Positions 1-7,724 of a stretch of 38,128 bases of DNA are shown here, piece after piece. The notes under the pieces were generated by a model that saw only the letters and a program-made list of their open reading frames with translations, was not told the DNA's origin and did no database searches. The position numbers and the translations under genes are program-made. The stretch is from Phycisphaerales bacterium. GTDB taxonomy: Bacteria; Planctomycetota; Phycisphaerae; Phycisphaerales; UBA1924. The stretch is taken from assembly GCA_003511945.1 (NCBI GenBank), contig DOJA01000246.1, positions 1 through 38,128 of the forward strand, in the 5' to 3' direction. Within the stretch, counting starts at the first letter, position 1. The number at the start of each line of letters is the position of its first letter.

Positions 1-606
1 GGGGGCCGGGGCCGGGGCGGGGGCCGGGGCCGGCGCGCCCGAGGCGCCCTGCATCCGCCGGCGCACCAGGTCCTCGCCGAAGGTGTTGCCCAGCGCGCTG
101 CTGATCTGCCCGGGCGTCATGCCGGGGGTGATCACGACATCCTTTCCGTCGTCGAACGCGCCGTCCGGGCCGGCGATGGTCAGCGAATAGGACTTGCCGT
201 CCTCCGAAGGCGCGAAGCGGAATGCGGTGCCCCACGCATCGGTCGTGGTCGCGGGATCCAGGCCCAGAGCGGCCAGGTCGGGGGGCAGCGCGCCGGAGTT
301 CTTCTGCTGGAACGACGCGATCGCGTCGCGGGTCGCCTGCACCTTCGCGGCGGTCTCGCCGATCTGAACAAACGCTGGACCCACGAACCACGCCGCGGCT
401 CCGAAGGCGGCCCACAGAACAGTCCCGATCAGCCCGACGAGGATCCCCGCGATGGCGAACCCACGCGGGGCCTTCAGGGCCGCGATCAGCGACACCAGCA
501 GCCCGATCGGCGACACGCAGAACGCCAGCACGAACCCGACGATCCCCATGGGGTTGGAGGGGGCCGGCCGCCCGTCGTAGCCGCCTTGATCGTGTGGGTC
601 GTCCAT
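1..606 (-). CDS. Membrane protein with a GspG-like (type II secretion pseudopilin G) globular domain. The 3-prime end runs off the window.
   Basis: Read by eye; it is absent from the ORF track because there is no stop inside the window. ATG is the complement of 604-606, with AGGAGA 8 nt upstream. The translation starts MDDPHDQGGYDGRPAPSNPMGIVGFVLAFCVSPIGLLVSLIAALKAPRGFAIAGILVGLIGTVLWAAF (two hydrophobic helices). It continues ...DAWGTAFRFAPSEDGKSYSLTIAGPDGAFDDGKDVVI, the DxWG...GxDG...D pattern of GspG globular domains, then an (AP)n tail. GC3 is high. Confidence 0.6.
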   Translation of the reverse strand, partial: MDDPHDQGGYDGRPAPSNPMGIVGFVLAFCVSPIGLLVSLIAALKAPRGFAIAGILVGLIGTVLWAAFGAAAWFVGPAFVQIGETAAKVQATRDAIASFQQKNSGALPPDLAALGLDPATTTDAWGTAFRFAPSEDGKSYSLTIAGPDGAFDDGKDVVITPGMTPGQISSALGNTFGEDLVRRRMQGASGAPAPAPAPAPAP

Positions 607-860
607 TTCGCGGATTCTCCTGGGGTGCAATCGGGCTTCAGGCCGGCGGGATCGGCCTTCGGGCGGCCCGCACGGGGAGCTCGGGACGCCCATGAGACCA
701 GCATACCCCCTTTTTCTCGCATTCCGGACCTTGGGATTCTGCGCGGCAAGCGGCGTTCGAGGGTGGCATCGCCTTGACCGGGGGCGGAGTTTGGGGTCTG
801 TTGATGGTGTGCACAGGACCGCCTCCGGTACGACGGGGCGGGATACAAGGAGAGTCAGTG

Positions 861-2561
861 ATGTCGAAGACCATGAGTGGCTGTTTCCGTGCGCGCGCGC
901 ACGGCCCCGTTTTCGTGCTGATGATGCTCAGCGGGGGCGTCACGGCCATCCCGGCCTCGGGCGCCAACCGAACGATCGACGGCTCGGGCAACAACCTCCT
1001 GCACCCCAGTTGGGGCCAGGCGGGAATCGACCTGAAGCGCCAGACGACCGAGGCCTATATGGACGGGCTCTCCGCGATGGCCCGCGCCGGCGGCCCCGGC
1101 CCGCGCCAGGTCAGCAACGCCGTCCACGCGCAAACAGTCGGCATGGCGAACGGCCGCAACCTGTCAGACATGGTCTGGCAGTTCGGCCAGTTCCTCGATC
1201 ACGACTTCGACCTGACCCCCGGCGGGGGCACAGAGGTCGCGATGATCTCCACCGACCCCGGTGACCCGCACTTCCTCGGCACGCCGATCTCGTTCACGCG
1301 CTCGGTCTTCAATCCCGCCACCGGGACGATGACCGCCCGCCAGCAGCCGAACCGGATCACCTCGTTCCTCGACGGGTCGATGATCTACGGCTCGGACTCG
1401 ATCAAGAGCGACGGGCTCCGGACGATGGTCGGTGGCCGCCTCCGCACCAGCGCGCACGCAACGGGCGACCTGCTGCCGTTCAACACCACCGGGCTCGAGA
1501 ACGACAACGGTCCGTTCGGCTCGCCGGCGGCGAGCATGTTCGTGGCCGGCGATATCCGCGCGAACGAGCAGTCCGGGCTCACCGCCATGCACACCCTCTG
1601 GGTGCGCGAGCACAACCGTCTCGCCGATCAGTTCGCATCGGCGAACCCCGGCTGGAGCGACCCGGAGATCTACGAGGCCGCCCGCAAGGTCGTCGGCGCC
1701 AAGCTGCAGGTCATCACCTTCAACGAGTGGCTGCCCGCCCTGCTGGGCTCGCAGGCGCCCGGGGCCTACGGCGGCTACGACGACTCCGTCGACGCCAGCA
1801 TCTCGAGCGAGTTCTCGACGGCCGCGTTCCGGATCGGGCACACCATGCTGAGCCCGACGACGCTCCGACTCGGTGCCGACGGCAACCCGATCCCGCAGGG
1901 CAACCTCGACCTGCGCGATGCGTTCTTCAATCCGAACCGGATCACCAATGAGGGCGGCATCGACCCCCTGTTGCGCGGCCTGGCCTCCCAGCACGCCCAG
2001 GAGATCGACACCAAGATCGTGGACGATGTCCGCAACTTCCTCTTCGGCCCTCCCGGCAGCGGCGGGCTGGACCTCGCCTCGCTGAACATCCAGCGCGCGC
2101 GCGACCACGGGCTCGCCGACTACAACACCATGCGGATGGAGTACGGCCTCACCCCGGCGGCCAGCTTCAGCGACATCAACCCCGACCCCGCGGTATGGAT
2201 GGCCCTTGCGAGCGTCTACACATCGGTCAACGACATCGACCCGTGGACCGGCATGCTCGCCGAAGCCCATGTGCCCGGCTCCAGCGTCGGCGAACTGATG
2301 GGCCACATCATCGCTGACCAGTTCGACCGCCTCCGCGCGGGCGACCGGTTCTTCTACCTCAACGATTCCGATCTGCCTTCGATCCTCGCCACGATCAACA
2401 TGAGCATGCAGGACCTCGAAGGCATGACGATGTCGGGCGTCATCCGCGCGAACACGGACATCCAGTTCATCCAGCACAACGCCTTCCTTGTCCCCGGCCC
2501 GGGTGCCATCGGTCTGGCTCTGTCTGTCGGGGTGATGACCCTCCGCCGGCGCCGCCGCTGA
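861..2561 (+). CDS. Secreted animal-type haem peroxidase (peroxidase-cyclooxygenase superfamily) with a PEP-CTERM-like C-terminal anchor.
   Basis: Lies within ORF 774..2561. ATG 861 follows AAGGAGAG. The signal peptide is MSKTMSGCFRARAHGPVFVLMMLSGGVTAIPASG. The distal motif is WQFGQFLDHDFDL. The GDIRANEQ and MHTLWVREHN motifs carry the Glu and proximal His. The C-terminus is VPGPGAIGLALSVGVMTLRRRRR. Confidence 0.9.
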   Translation: MSKTMSGCFRARAHGPVFVLMMLSGGVTAIPASGANRTIDGSGNNLLHPSWGQAGIDLKRQTTEAYMDGLSAMARAGGPGPRQVSNAVHAQTVGMANGRNLSDMVWQFGQFLDHDFDLTPGGGTEVAMISTDPGDPHFLGTPISFTRSVFNPATGTMTARQQPNRITSFLDGSMIYGSDSIKSDGLRTMVGGRLRTSAHATGDLLPFNTTGLENDNGPFGSPAASMFVAGDIRANEQSGLTAMHTLWVREHNRLADQFASANPGWSDPEIYEAARKVVGAKLQVITFNEWLPALLGSQAPGAYGGYDDSVDASISSEFSTAAFRIGHTMLSPTTLRLGADGNPIPQGNLDLRDAFFNPNRITNEGGIDPLLRGLASQHAQEIDTKIVDDVRNFLFGPPGSGGLDLASLNIQRARDHGLADYNTMRMEYGLTPAASFSDINPDPAVWMALASVYTSVNDIDPWTGMLAEAHVPGSSVGELMGHIIADQFDRLRAGDRFFYLNDSDLPSILATINMSMQDLEGMTMSGVIRANTDIQFIQHNAFLVPGPGAIGLALSVGVMTLRRRRR

Positions 2562-2592
2562 TCCCCCAGCGAAGTCCGAGTGTGTTTCCTCC

Positions 2593-2625
2593 CCCGAACC
2601 GGACCCCCCGGTTCGGGTTTTTTTT
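2593..2625 (+). terminator. Rho-independent terminator after the peroxidase gene.
   Basis: cccgaaccgg (2593-2602), a 5-nt loop, ccggttcggg (2608-2617), then a T8 run (2618-2625). Confidence 0.8.
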
Positions 2626-2665
2626 GGACCGCGCTCGCTGATCCAAACAATATCCAAAAATGCGC

Positions 2666-2694
2666 TTGACATCCATACATCACCCGTACATACT
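2666..2694 (+). promoter_or_regulatory. Sigma70-like promoter candidate for the 2758 gene.
   Basis: TTGACA (2666-2671), a 17-nt spacer, then CATACT (2689-2694), inside a locally low-GC pocket. GGAG lies 8 nt before ATG 2758. Confidence 0.4.
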
Positions 2695-2757
2695 ACCTGA
2701 CGGATACCGATCATCTAGCCACCAAGAACCCTCACGCCAATCACGGAGCCGAACACG

Positions 2758-3411
2758 ATGATCAACATGCCACGACTCGTTCGCCTCGCTTGCGATGGAC
2801 ACTTTGACGCCATGCTGGGCGAGGTCGTCCGCAACGGGCGCCCGCTGCCCCTTTCCGTGCGTTTGCGGCTGTCGCAGCCCGATTCGCTGGCCCCGGCGGC
2901 CCTGGGCCTCGCGCTTCAGCGGGTGCTCGAGCTGACCTACCGCCCCACCGACACCAGCGTGTCGCTGCTGCGCGAACTGCTGGCCCGCGCGCTCCCCGAC
3001 GGGTCGTTCGGGTCGGTCAGCGCCACCGCCATCGCCCTGGCGGCCCTGCTGGGTTTCGAGCACCAGGTGAACTCGCTGCCGGGGGCGCGGACCGGCGACG
3101 GCTCGCGCTATATCGACCCCGCGCTGCGCGCCACGCTCCAGCGCGCGATCGCTGATGCGCTCGGACGCCTCGGCGCGCAGTGGGCGCTGGGCGAGCGCAC
3201 GGACGGCCACGCGGCGCTGCTGGGCGATGACATCGACACCGCGGTCGTCCTGTGGCAGCTGGCCTTCTGCCCGGCGTTCGGGCGCGTGGTGCCGCTGGGC
3301 GCTCTGTTCGAGTCCGCTGAAGCCAACGGGCTGTTGCACGACCGGCGCACGGCCCCGCTGGTGTCGGGCTCTGCGCTCGCGCTGCGCGTGGCGCCCGAGC
3401 GGGCCGCGTGA
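2758..3411 (+). CDS. Hypothetical protein (217 aa), possibly with alpha/alpha-toroid or prenyltransferase-like repeats.
   Basis: Has its own promoter-like and SD signals and high GC3. Contains DGSFGSVSATAIALAALL and LLGDDIDTAVVLWQL helical-repeat-like motifs. Preferred over the Arg-rich antisense ORF 2680..3450. Confidence 0.6.
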   Translation: MINMPRLVRLACDGHFDAMLGEVVRNGRPLPLSVRLRLSQPDSLAPAALGLALQRVLELTYRPTDTSVSLLRELLARALPDGSFGSVSATAIALAALLGFEHQVNSLPGARTGDGSRYIDPALRATLQRAIADALGRLGAQWALGERTDGHAALLGDDIDTAVVLWQLAFCPAFGRVVPLGALFESAEANGLLHDRRTAPLVSGSALALRVAPERAA

Positions 3412-3577
3412 TGCAAAGACGGTACGGGAAGGAGGTGGGCGGTGAGACAAGGCGTGCGAGTCGGCGCCCCGCGAAGGCGTGAGCGGGGGCGGACCATCCG
3501 GCTTCTGGGGCTCCTGGAGCGACTGAGGGCGAGACTGCAGGGCGACGCCGGCGAGCGGGACAGCCGGGGGAGCCCCG

Positions 3578-3583
3578 TATCAT
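3578..3583 (+). promoter_or_regulatory. -10-like hexamer TATCAT, 6 nt upstream of ATG 3590 (leaderless candidate).
   Basis: The sequence reads tatcat ccggga ATG, with no properly spaced SD. Confidence 0.35.
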
Positions 3584-3589
3584 CCGGGA

Positions 3590-5152
3590 ATGACGCACGA
3601 CTGCTTCGTTCGCCTCGGCCTGAATGAGGACGCCCGCGTCGTCCCGCCATCGCGCCGTCCCGCGGACCCGATCGCCGCGGGGCTCACGATGTCGGAGAAT
3701 CCGGCGACCGGCGCGCCGATCGCGGGCGTCCGCCTGGACGACGGACCGTCCTACGAGCGGGCGGTCGAACGGGCGTGCGCCGTGCAGCGGGCCTGGCGGT
3801 CGTGCCCCGCCCCGCGCCGGGGGGAGATCGTCCGACGGATCGGGCTCGCCTTCCGCGACCATCGGGAGGACCTGGGCGCGCTCGTCTCGCTCGAGATGGG
3901 CAAGATCCTCCCCGAGGGCGTCGGCGAGGTGCAGGAGTGCATCGACATCGCCGACTTCGCGGTCGGGCTCTCGCGCCAGTGCTACGGGCTGACCATGCCC
4001 TCCGAGCGCGCCGATCATCGCATGATGGAGCAGTGGCACCCGCTCGGGACCGTCGGCGTCATCACCGCCTTCAACTTTCCGATCGCCGTCTGGGCCTGGA
4101 ACGCGATGCTCGCCTCCGTGTGCGGCGACGCCGTCCTCTGGAAACCCAGTCTGCTCACCCCTCTCGTCGCCATCGCAACGACGCGGATCGTCCGGCGCGT
4201 GATGCGCGAGCAGGACCTCTTCCGCCCCGACGGGTGCGACCCGCAGGACCTGTTCACGCTCGTCATCGGGACCGACGAACAGGTCGGGCGCCCGATGGTG
4301 GACGATCGACGCCTGCCGCTGATCAGCGCGACCGGATCATGCCGAATGGGTCGGGAAGTGGGCCAGCGCGTGGCGGCCCGTCTGGGGCGGTCGCTCCTGG
4401 AACTCGGTGGGAACAACGCCATCGTGGTCATGCCCGATTGCGACCGCGATCTCGTCGTCCGTGCCGTGCTGTTCGGCGCGGTGGGCACCGCGGGGCAGCG
4501 CTGCACAACGACGCGCCGGCTGATCTGCGTGGGCGGCGTCGAACGCGAACTGCTGCCCCGCCTCGTTGAGGCCTACCGCGCGGTGCGGATCGGAGACCCG
4601 CTCGACCCGGGCGCCCTGATGGGGCCGCTCATCAGCGCCGGGGCGGTGAAGCAGATGCGCAGCGCCCTCGAGCGCGCGGCCGCCCAGGGGTGCGAGGTGC
4701 TGGCGGGGGGTATCCCCGGGATCGACCGCTTCGCTGGGCGAGCGGGGCACTTCGTCGAGCCCACGCTTGTCCGCGTCCCCGCGGGCCAGGTGCCCTCCAT
4801 CACCCGGGAGGAGACCTTTGCCCCAATCCTCTATGTGTTCAGCGCGGGATCGTTCCAGGAGGCGATGGCCCTGCACAACGATGTCCCGCAAGGGCTCTCC
4901 TCGGCGGTCTTCACCGGATCCGTCGGGACCGCCGAGCGGTTCCTCTCCCCCGAGGGGTCCGACTGCGGGATTGCGAATGTCAATCTGGGCACCTCCGGGG
5001 CCGAAATCGGGGGGGCCTTCGGGGGTGAGAAGGAGACGGGCGGGGGTCGGGAATCGGGATCCGACTCCTGGAAGGCCTACATGCGCCGCCAGACCTGCAC
5101 GATCAACTACGGCACGGAACTCCCACTGGCCCAGGGGATTACATTCCAATAA
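3590..5152 (+). CDS. ALDH7 (antiquitin)-type aldehyde dehydrogenase, i.e. alpha-aminoadipic semialdehyde / piperideine-6-carboxylate dehydrogenase.
   Basis: Near-colinear with my recollection of ALDH7A1. Shared motifs are SLEMGKILPEGVGEVQE, DFAVGLSR, EQWHPLGTVGVITAFNFPIAVW, LELGGNNA, VGTAGQRCTT, ETFAPILYVF, GSDCGIANVN, GAEIGGAFGGEKETGGGRESGSDSWKAYMRR and the C-terminal LPLAQGITFQ. Confidence 0.92.
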   Translation: MTHDCFVRLGLNEDARVVPPSRRPADPIAAGLTMSENPATGAPIAGVRLDDGPSYERAVERACAVQRAWRSCPAPRRGEIVRRIGLAFRDHREDLGALVSLEMGKILPEGVGEVQECIDIADFAVGLSRQCYGLTMPSERADHRMMEQWHPLGTVGVITAFNFPIAVWAWNAMLASVCGDAVLWKPSLLTPLVAIATTRIVRRVMREQDLFRPDGCDPQDLFTLVIGTDEQVGRPMVDDRRLPLISATGSCRMGREVGQRVAARLGRSLLELGGNNAIVVMPDCDRDLVVRAVLFGAVGTAGQRCTTTRRLICVGGVERELLPRLVEAYRAVRIGDPLDPGALMGPLISAGAVKQMRSALERAAAQGCEVLAGGIPGIDRFAGRAGHFVEPTLVRVPAGQVPSITREETFAPILYVFSAGSFQEAMALHNDVPQGLSSAVFTGSVGTAERFLSPEGSDCGIANVNLGTSGAEIGGAFGGEKETGGGRESGSDSWKAYMRRQTCTINYGTELPLAQGITFQ

Positions 5153-5394
5153 CACCCGGCGAGAAAGTCCATGGAATAGCGGAATACCGAAGGGGTCAAC
5201 CGGGTTCGCGCGTGGGCGGTATTCCTGTCATTCCAGCGTCCGGCACTTGAGTCCGGTCCGGATCGGGCAAGAATGGGTATCACTCCCGAGGGCGCGGGCT
5301 CCTGGGATTATCGAAGTCGATCGGCGGCTCCGGCCTGTGGGCCGAGTTCAAGAGCCATCACACTCTTTCAGCGTCTGTTTGAGGAGAAGGCATC

Positions 5395-6429
5395 ATGCGT
5401 CAGAAACTCGGTTCCACTCTCGTGTCGATGGTCGTCGCGATCGCGGGCGTGAGCGCCCTCGGGCTCGGCGGCTACTCGGCCCTCACCGGCACGACCGTCT
5501 GTACCCTGATGGCGTGCGACTCGACCGCCAAGAGCTGTTCTTCTGAGGCGAAGACGGTCGCGGCGAAGAACGCTGAGGGCGAGGCGAAGTCCTGCTGCCC
5601 GCTGGGCAAGGCCGCCCAGGTCACCGCCGCCGCCAACAAGGAGGCCGGTGAGTGCTCCAAGACCTGCTCGGGCGAGGCGAAGGTTGTCGCCGCCGCCGCG
5701 AAGGAGTCGTGCTCCAAGACCTGCGCCGGCGAGGCGAAGGTTGTTGAGGCGTCGGCGAAGGAGTCCTGCTCGAAGTCGTGCAGCGAAGCGGCCGTGAAGA
5801 CCGCCGCCGCGACCGAGGGCCAGTGCCAGAAGGTGTGCGTCGACTCGGCCCGGGCTCAGCTCGTCGCCGCCGAGGCCGAGTTCAACGCCGCCTGCGAGAA
5901 GGGCTGCGACGAGGGCAAGGCCGTCGCGCAGGCCAAGGTGATCCAGGCCCGCTACACCGTGGCCGGCGCCGAGTTCGAGAAGGCCAAGGAGAGCGGGTGC
6001 TGCAAGTCGAAGGCCGCCGCCGAGGCGAAGTTCCTCGAGGCGAAGGTCGCCGCCATGGAGTGCGCCGAGAAGTGCGCCGCGAAGACCGGTTGCGCTGAGA
6101 CCCTGACCTCCGCCAAGAAGCAGGTCGTGGCGGCCCGCCTCGAGCACGCTGAGTTCGCCTACAACGCCGCCATCGAGAGCGGCTGCGCCGAGTCCAAGGC
6201 CAAGACCGAAGCGATGGTGATCGCCGCCCGCGCCGCCGCCAAGGAGGCCGGCCTGGGTTGCTGCGAGGGCTCCGGCAAGCGCGCCGACGGCGGCGAGTGC
6301 TGCGGCAAGTGCACCGGCGCCAAGGTCGAGGGCGCCGCCAACAAGGAAGCCGGCGAGTGCAGCAAGACCTGCACCGAGGGCAAGCAGGCCGAGGCCAAGG
6401 AAGAGCCGAAGCCCGTCGCGTCCCGCTGA
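5395..6429 (+). CDS. Exported cysteine-rich (28 Cys) Ala/Lys/Glu-rich helical repeat protein of unknown function.
   Basis: GAGGAGAAGG lies 5 nt before the ATG. The N-terminal hydrophobic signal is MRQKLGSTLVSMVVAIAGVSALGLGG. There are seven CxxxC motifs (ECSKTC x2, SCSKTC, SCSKSC, QCQKVC, ACEKGC, ECAEKC) and four CC pairs. Codons are GC3-rich and a hairpin terminator follows the stop. Confidence 0.75.
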   Translation: MRQKLGSTLVSMVVAIAGVSALGLGGYSALTGTTVCTLMACDSTAKSCSSEAKTVAAKNAEGEAKSCCPLGKAAQVTAAANKEAGECSKTCSGEAKVVAAAAKESCSKTCAGEAKVVEASAKESCSKSCSEAAVKTAAATEGQCQKVCVDSARAQLVAAEAEFNAACEKGCDEGKAVAQAKVIQARYTVAGAEFEKAKESGCCKSKAAAEAKFLEAKVAAMECAEKCAAKTGCAETLTSAKKQVVAARLEHAEFAYNAAIESGCAESKAKTEAMVIAARAAAKEAGLGCCEGSGKRADGGECCGKCTGAKVEGAANKEAGECSKTCTEGKQAEAKEEPKPVASR

Positions 6430-6463
6430 GCGACTCTGATCCATTCCCGAGTCTGAACAAGCG

Positions 6464-6500
6464 GCACCCCGCGGCACTCCCGCGGGGTGCTGTGCTTTCT
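6464..6500 (+). terminator. Hairpin terminator after the Cys-rich gene.
   Basis: gcaccccgcgg (6464-6474), loop cactc, ccgcggggtgc (6480-6490), then tgtgctttct. Confidence 0.6.
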
Positions 6501-6546
6501 GGCGACCCCCGCGCGGGCATCCACACTGACAAGGGCTGCAGCCACG

Positions 6547-6720
6547 CTCTTCTCCCCTTGCGGGAGAGGGGTCGAGGCGGCTGAGAAATGGCGCGCGGCC
6601 GGCGATGGAAGCGAAGGCCGCGAGGTGCGGCGCACGGGGTGTCCCTCCCCCTGCCCCCTCCCACCCCCCGGGGGGAGGGGGAGCGAATCTGAACTCCCTC
6701 CCCCGCTGGGGGAGGGGGAG
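6547..6720. repeat. Cluster of three C-tract/G-tract palindromic hairpins (REP-like) between convergent genes.
   Basis: cttctcccc ttgc gggagagg at about 6549-6570. ccctcccacccccc/ggggggaggggg at about 6655-6682. ctccctccccc gct gggggagggggag at 6694-6720. Confidence 0.55.
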
Positions 6721-6732
6721 AAGTGGACGCGC

Positions 6733-7527
6733 TCAGAGTTCGGCGACGATGTAGACGATCCACGCGAAGTCGGCGTCGCCGTGGTCGCGGGGCTGGAAGT
6801 CGCCGTCGCCTTCGCCGGTCTCCTCGTCGGTGCCTTCCCAATAGACGGTGGAGCGCGCGAAGCCGGCTTCCGCCAGCAGTTCGCGCAGTTCGGGCAGGGT
6901 CCACAGGCGCCAGTGGTAGGTGAAGGCGTCGCGGATCTTCGAGCCATCGGGGAAGTGGAAGTGGATCTTGCACACCGCGCTCCCGGTGATGGGGTCGTAG
7001 GAGTGCTGGTCCCAGACATAGGTGAATCGCCCGTTGTTGATGGGGCGCTTCTCCTGCATTTCCTTGAAGGCGTCCGACCCGCCGTAGGCGTCGAGGAAGA
7101 AGAGCCCGCCCGGAGCGAGGGACTCCCGCACATGCTCGAAGTAGCGGCGCATGGTGGCGCGGTCGGTGAAGCAGTAGTAGGAGAAGTTCATCGCCAGCAC
7201 CGCGTCGACGGGCTCGCAGCGGACGGAGAGGACATTGTCGCGCAGCAGCGTGACCCGCCGGCGCGCCTCGGGCCTCAGCTTGGCGAGGTTGTGGGCGCGC
7301 CCCCAGTCGAGCGTGGGCTGGTCGAGGTCGACCCCGATGGCGCGGTTCGTGGCCCGGCGACGCACGAACTCGCAGGCGGAGTTGGCCGTGCCGCAGAAGT
7401 CCTCGCGGATGACCGAGGGGGATCGGCCGCGCAGGGAGTTGTAGGTGTCGCTGATGAAATCAATCTCCGCGTCCACCGCCTGGACGGACTCCTGGTACAG
7501 CACATGGCGGTCGGCCCGGGCGGCCAT
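6733..7527 (-). CDS. Class I SAM-dependent methyltransferase, substrate unknown.
   Basis: Lies within ORF 6733..7716. The start MAARADRHVLYQESVQ fits the usual short N-terminus of this family as I recall it. Motif I is REDFCGTANSA...GVDLD. Also contains LAMNFSYYCF and LAPGGLFFLD. The start is uncertain because no clear SD is present. Confidence 0.8.
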   Translation of the reverse strand: MAARADRHVLYQESVQAVDAEIDFISDTYNSLRGRSPSVIREDFCGTANSACEFVRRRATNRAIGVDLDQPTLDWGRAHNLAKLRPEARRRVTLLRDNVLSVRCEPVDAVLAMNFSYYCFTDRATMRRYFEHVRESLAPGGLFFLDAYGGSDAFKEMQEKRPINNGRFTYVWDQHSYDPITGSAVCKIHFHFPDGSKIRDAFTYHWRLWTLPELRELLAEAGFARSTVYWEGTDEETGEGDGDFQPRDHGDADFAWIVYIVAEL

Positions 7528-7711
7528 CGGGATGGCGCTGATGTGCCCGTTGGCGGGCTTCGTCGGTGCGCGCCCCGCGCGCCCGCTTCTTGAAGCGCCC
7601 CCCCGCGTCTTCCTTGACGATGACTCCACGGCGTTCTCCGATCGGAACTGAACCCGGATGCGCAGGACCATTTCCCCGTCGCGCGGGAGGGAGTGTATCG
7701 AATCACGGGGG

Positions 7712-7717
7712 TACACT
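7712..7717 (+). promoter_or_regulatory. -10-like hexamer TACACT, 7 nt upstream of ATG 7725 (leaderless candidate).
   Basis: The sequence reads tacact gcgcggg ATG, with no SD. Confidence 0.35.
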
Positions 7718-7724
7718 GCGCGGG

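Noticed and set aside
1164-2714. 516-aa ORF antisense to the peroxidase gene.
   Set aside because: It is a shadow ORF typical of high-GC DNA. It is Arg/Gly/Asp/Val-rich with no motif. The opposite strand carries an unmistakable haem-peroxidase with an SD, a signal peptide and a terminator.
2680-3450. 256-aa minus-strand ORF competing with the 2758..3411 plus-strand gene.
   Set aside because: The product is Arg-rich (RERRARHQRGRAP...). The plus-strand frame has promoter-like hexamers, a GGAG and better GC3 and amino-acid composition. The plus-strand call is still only of moderate confidence.
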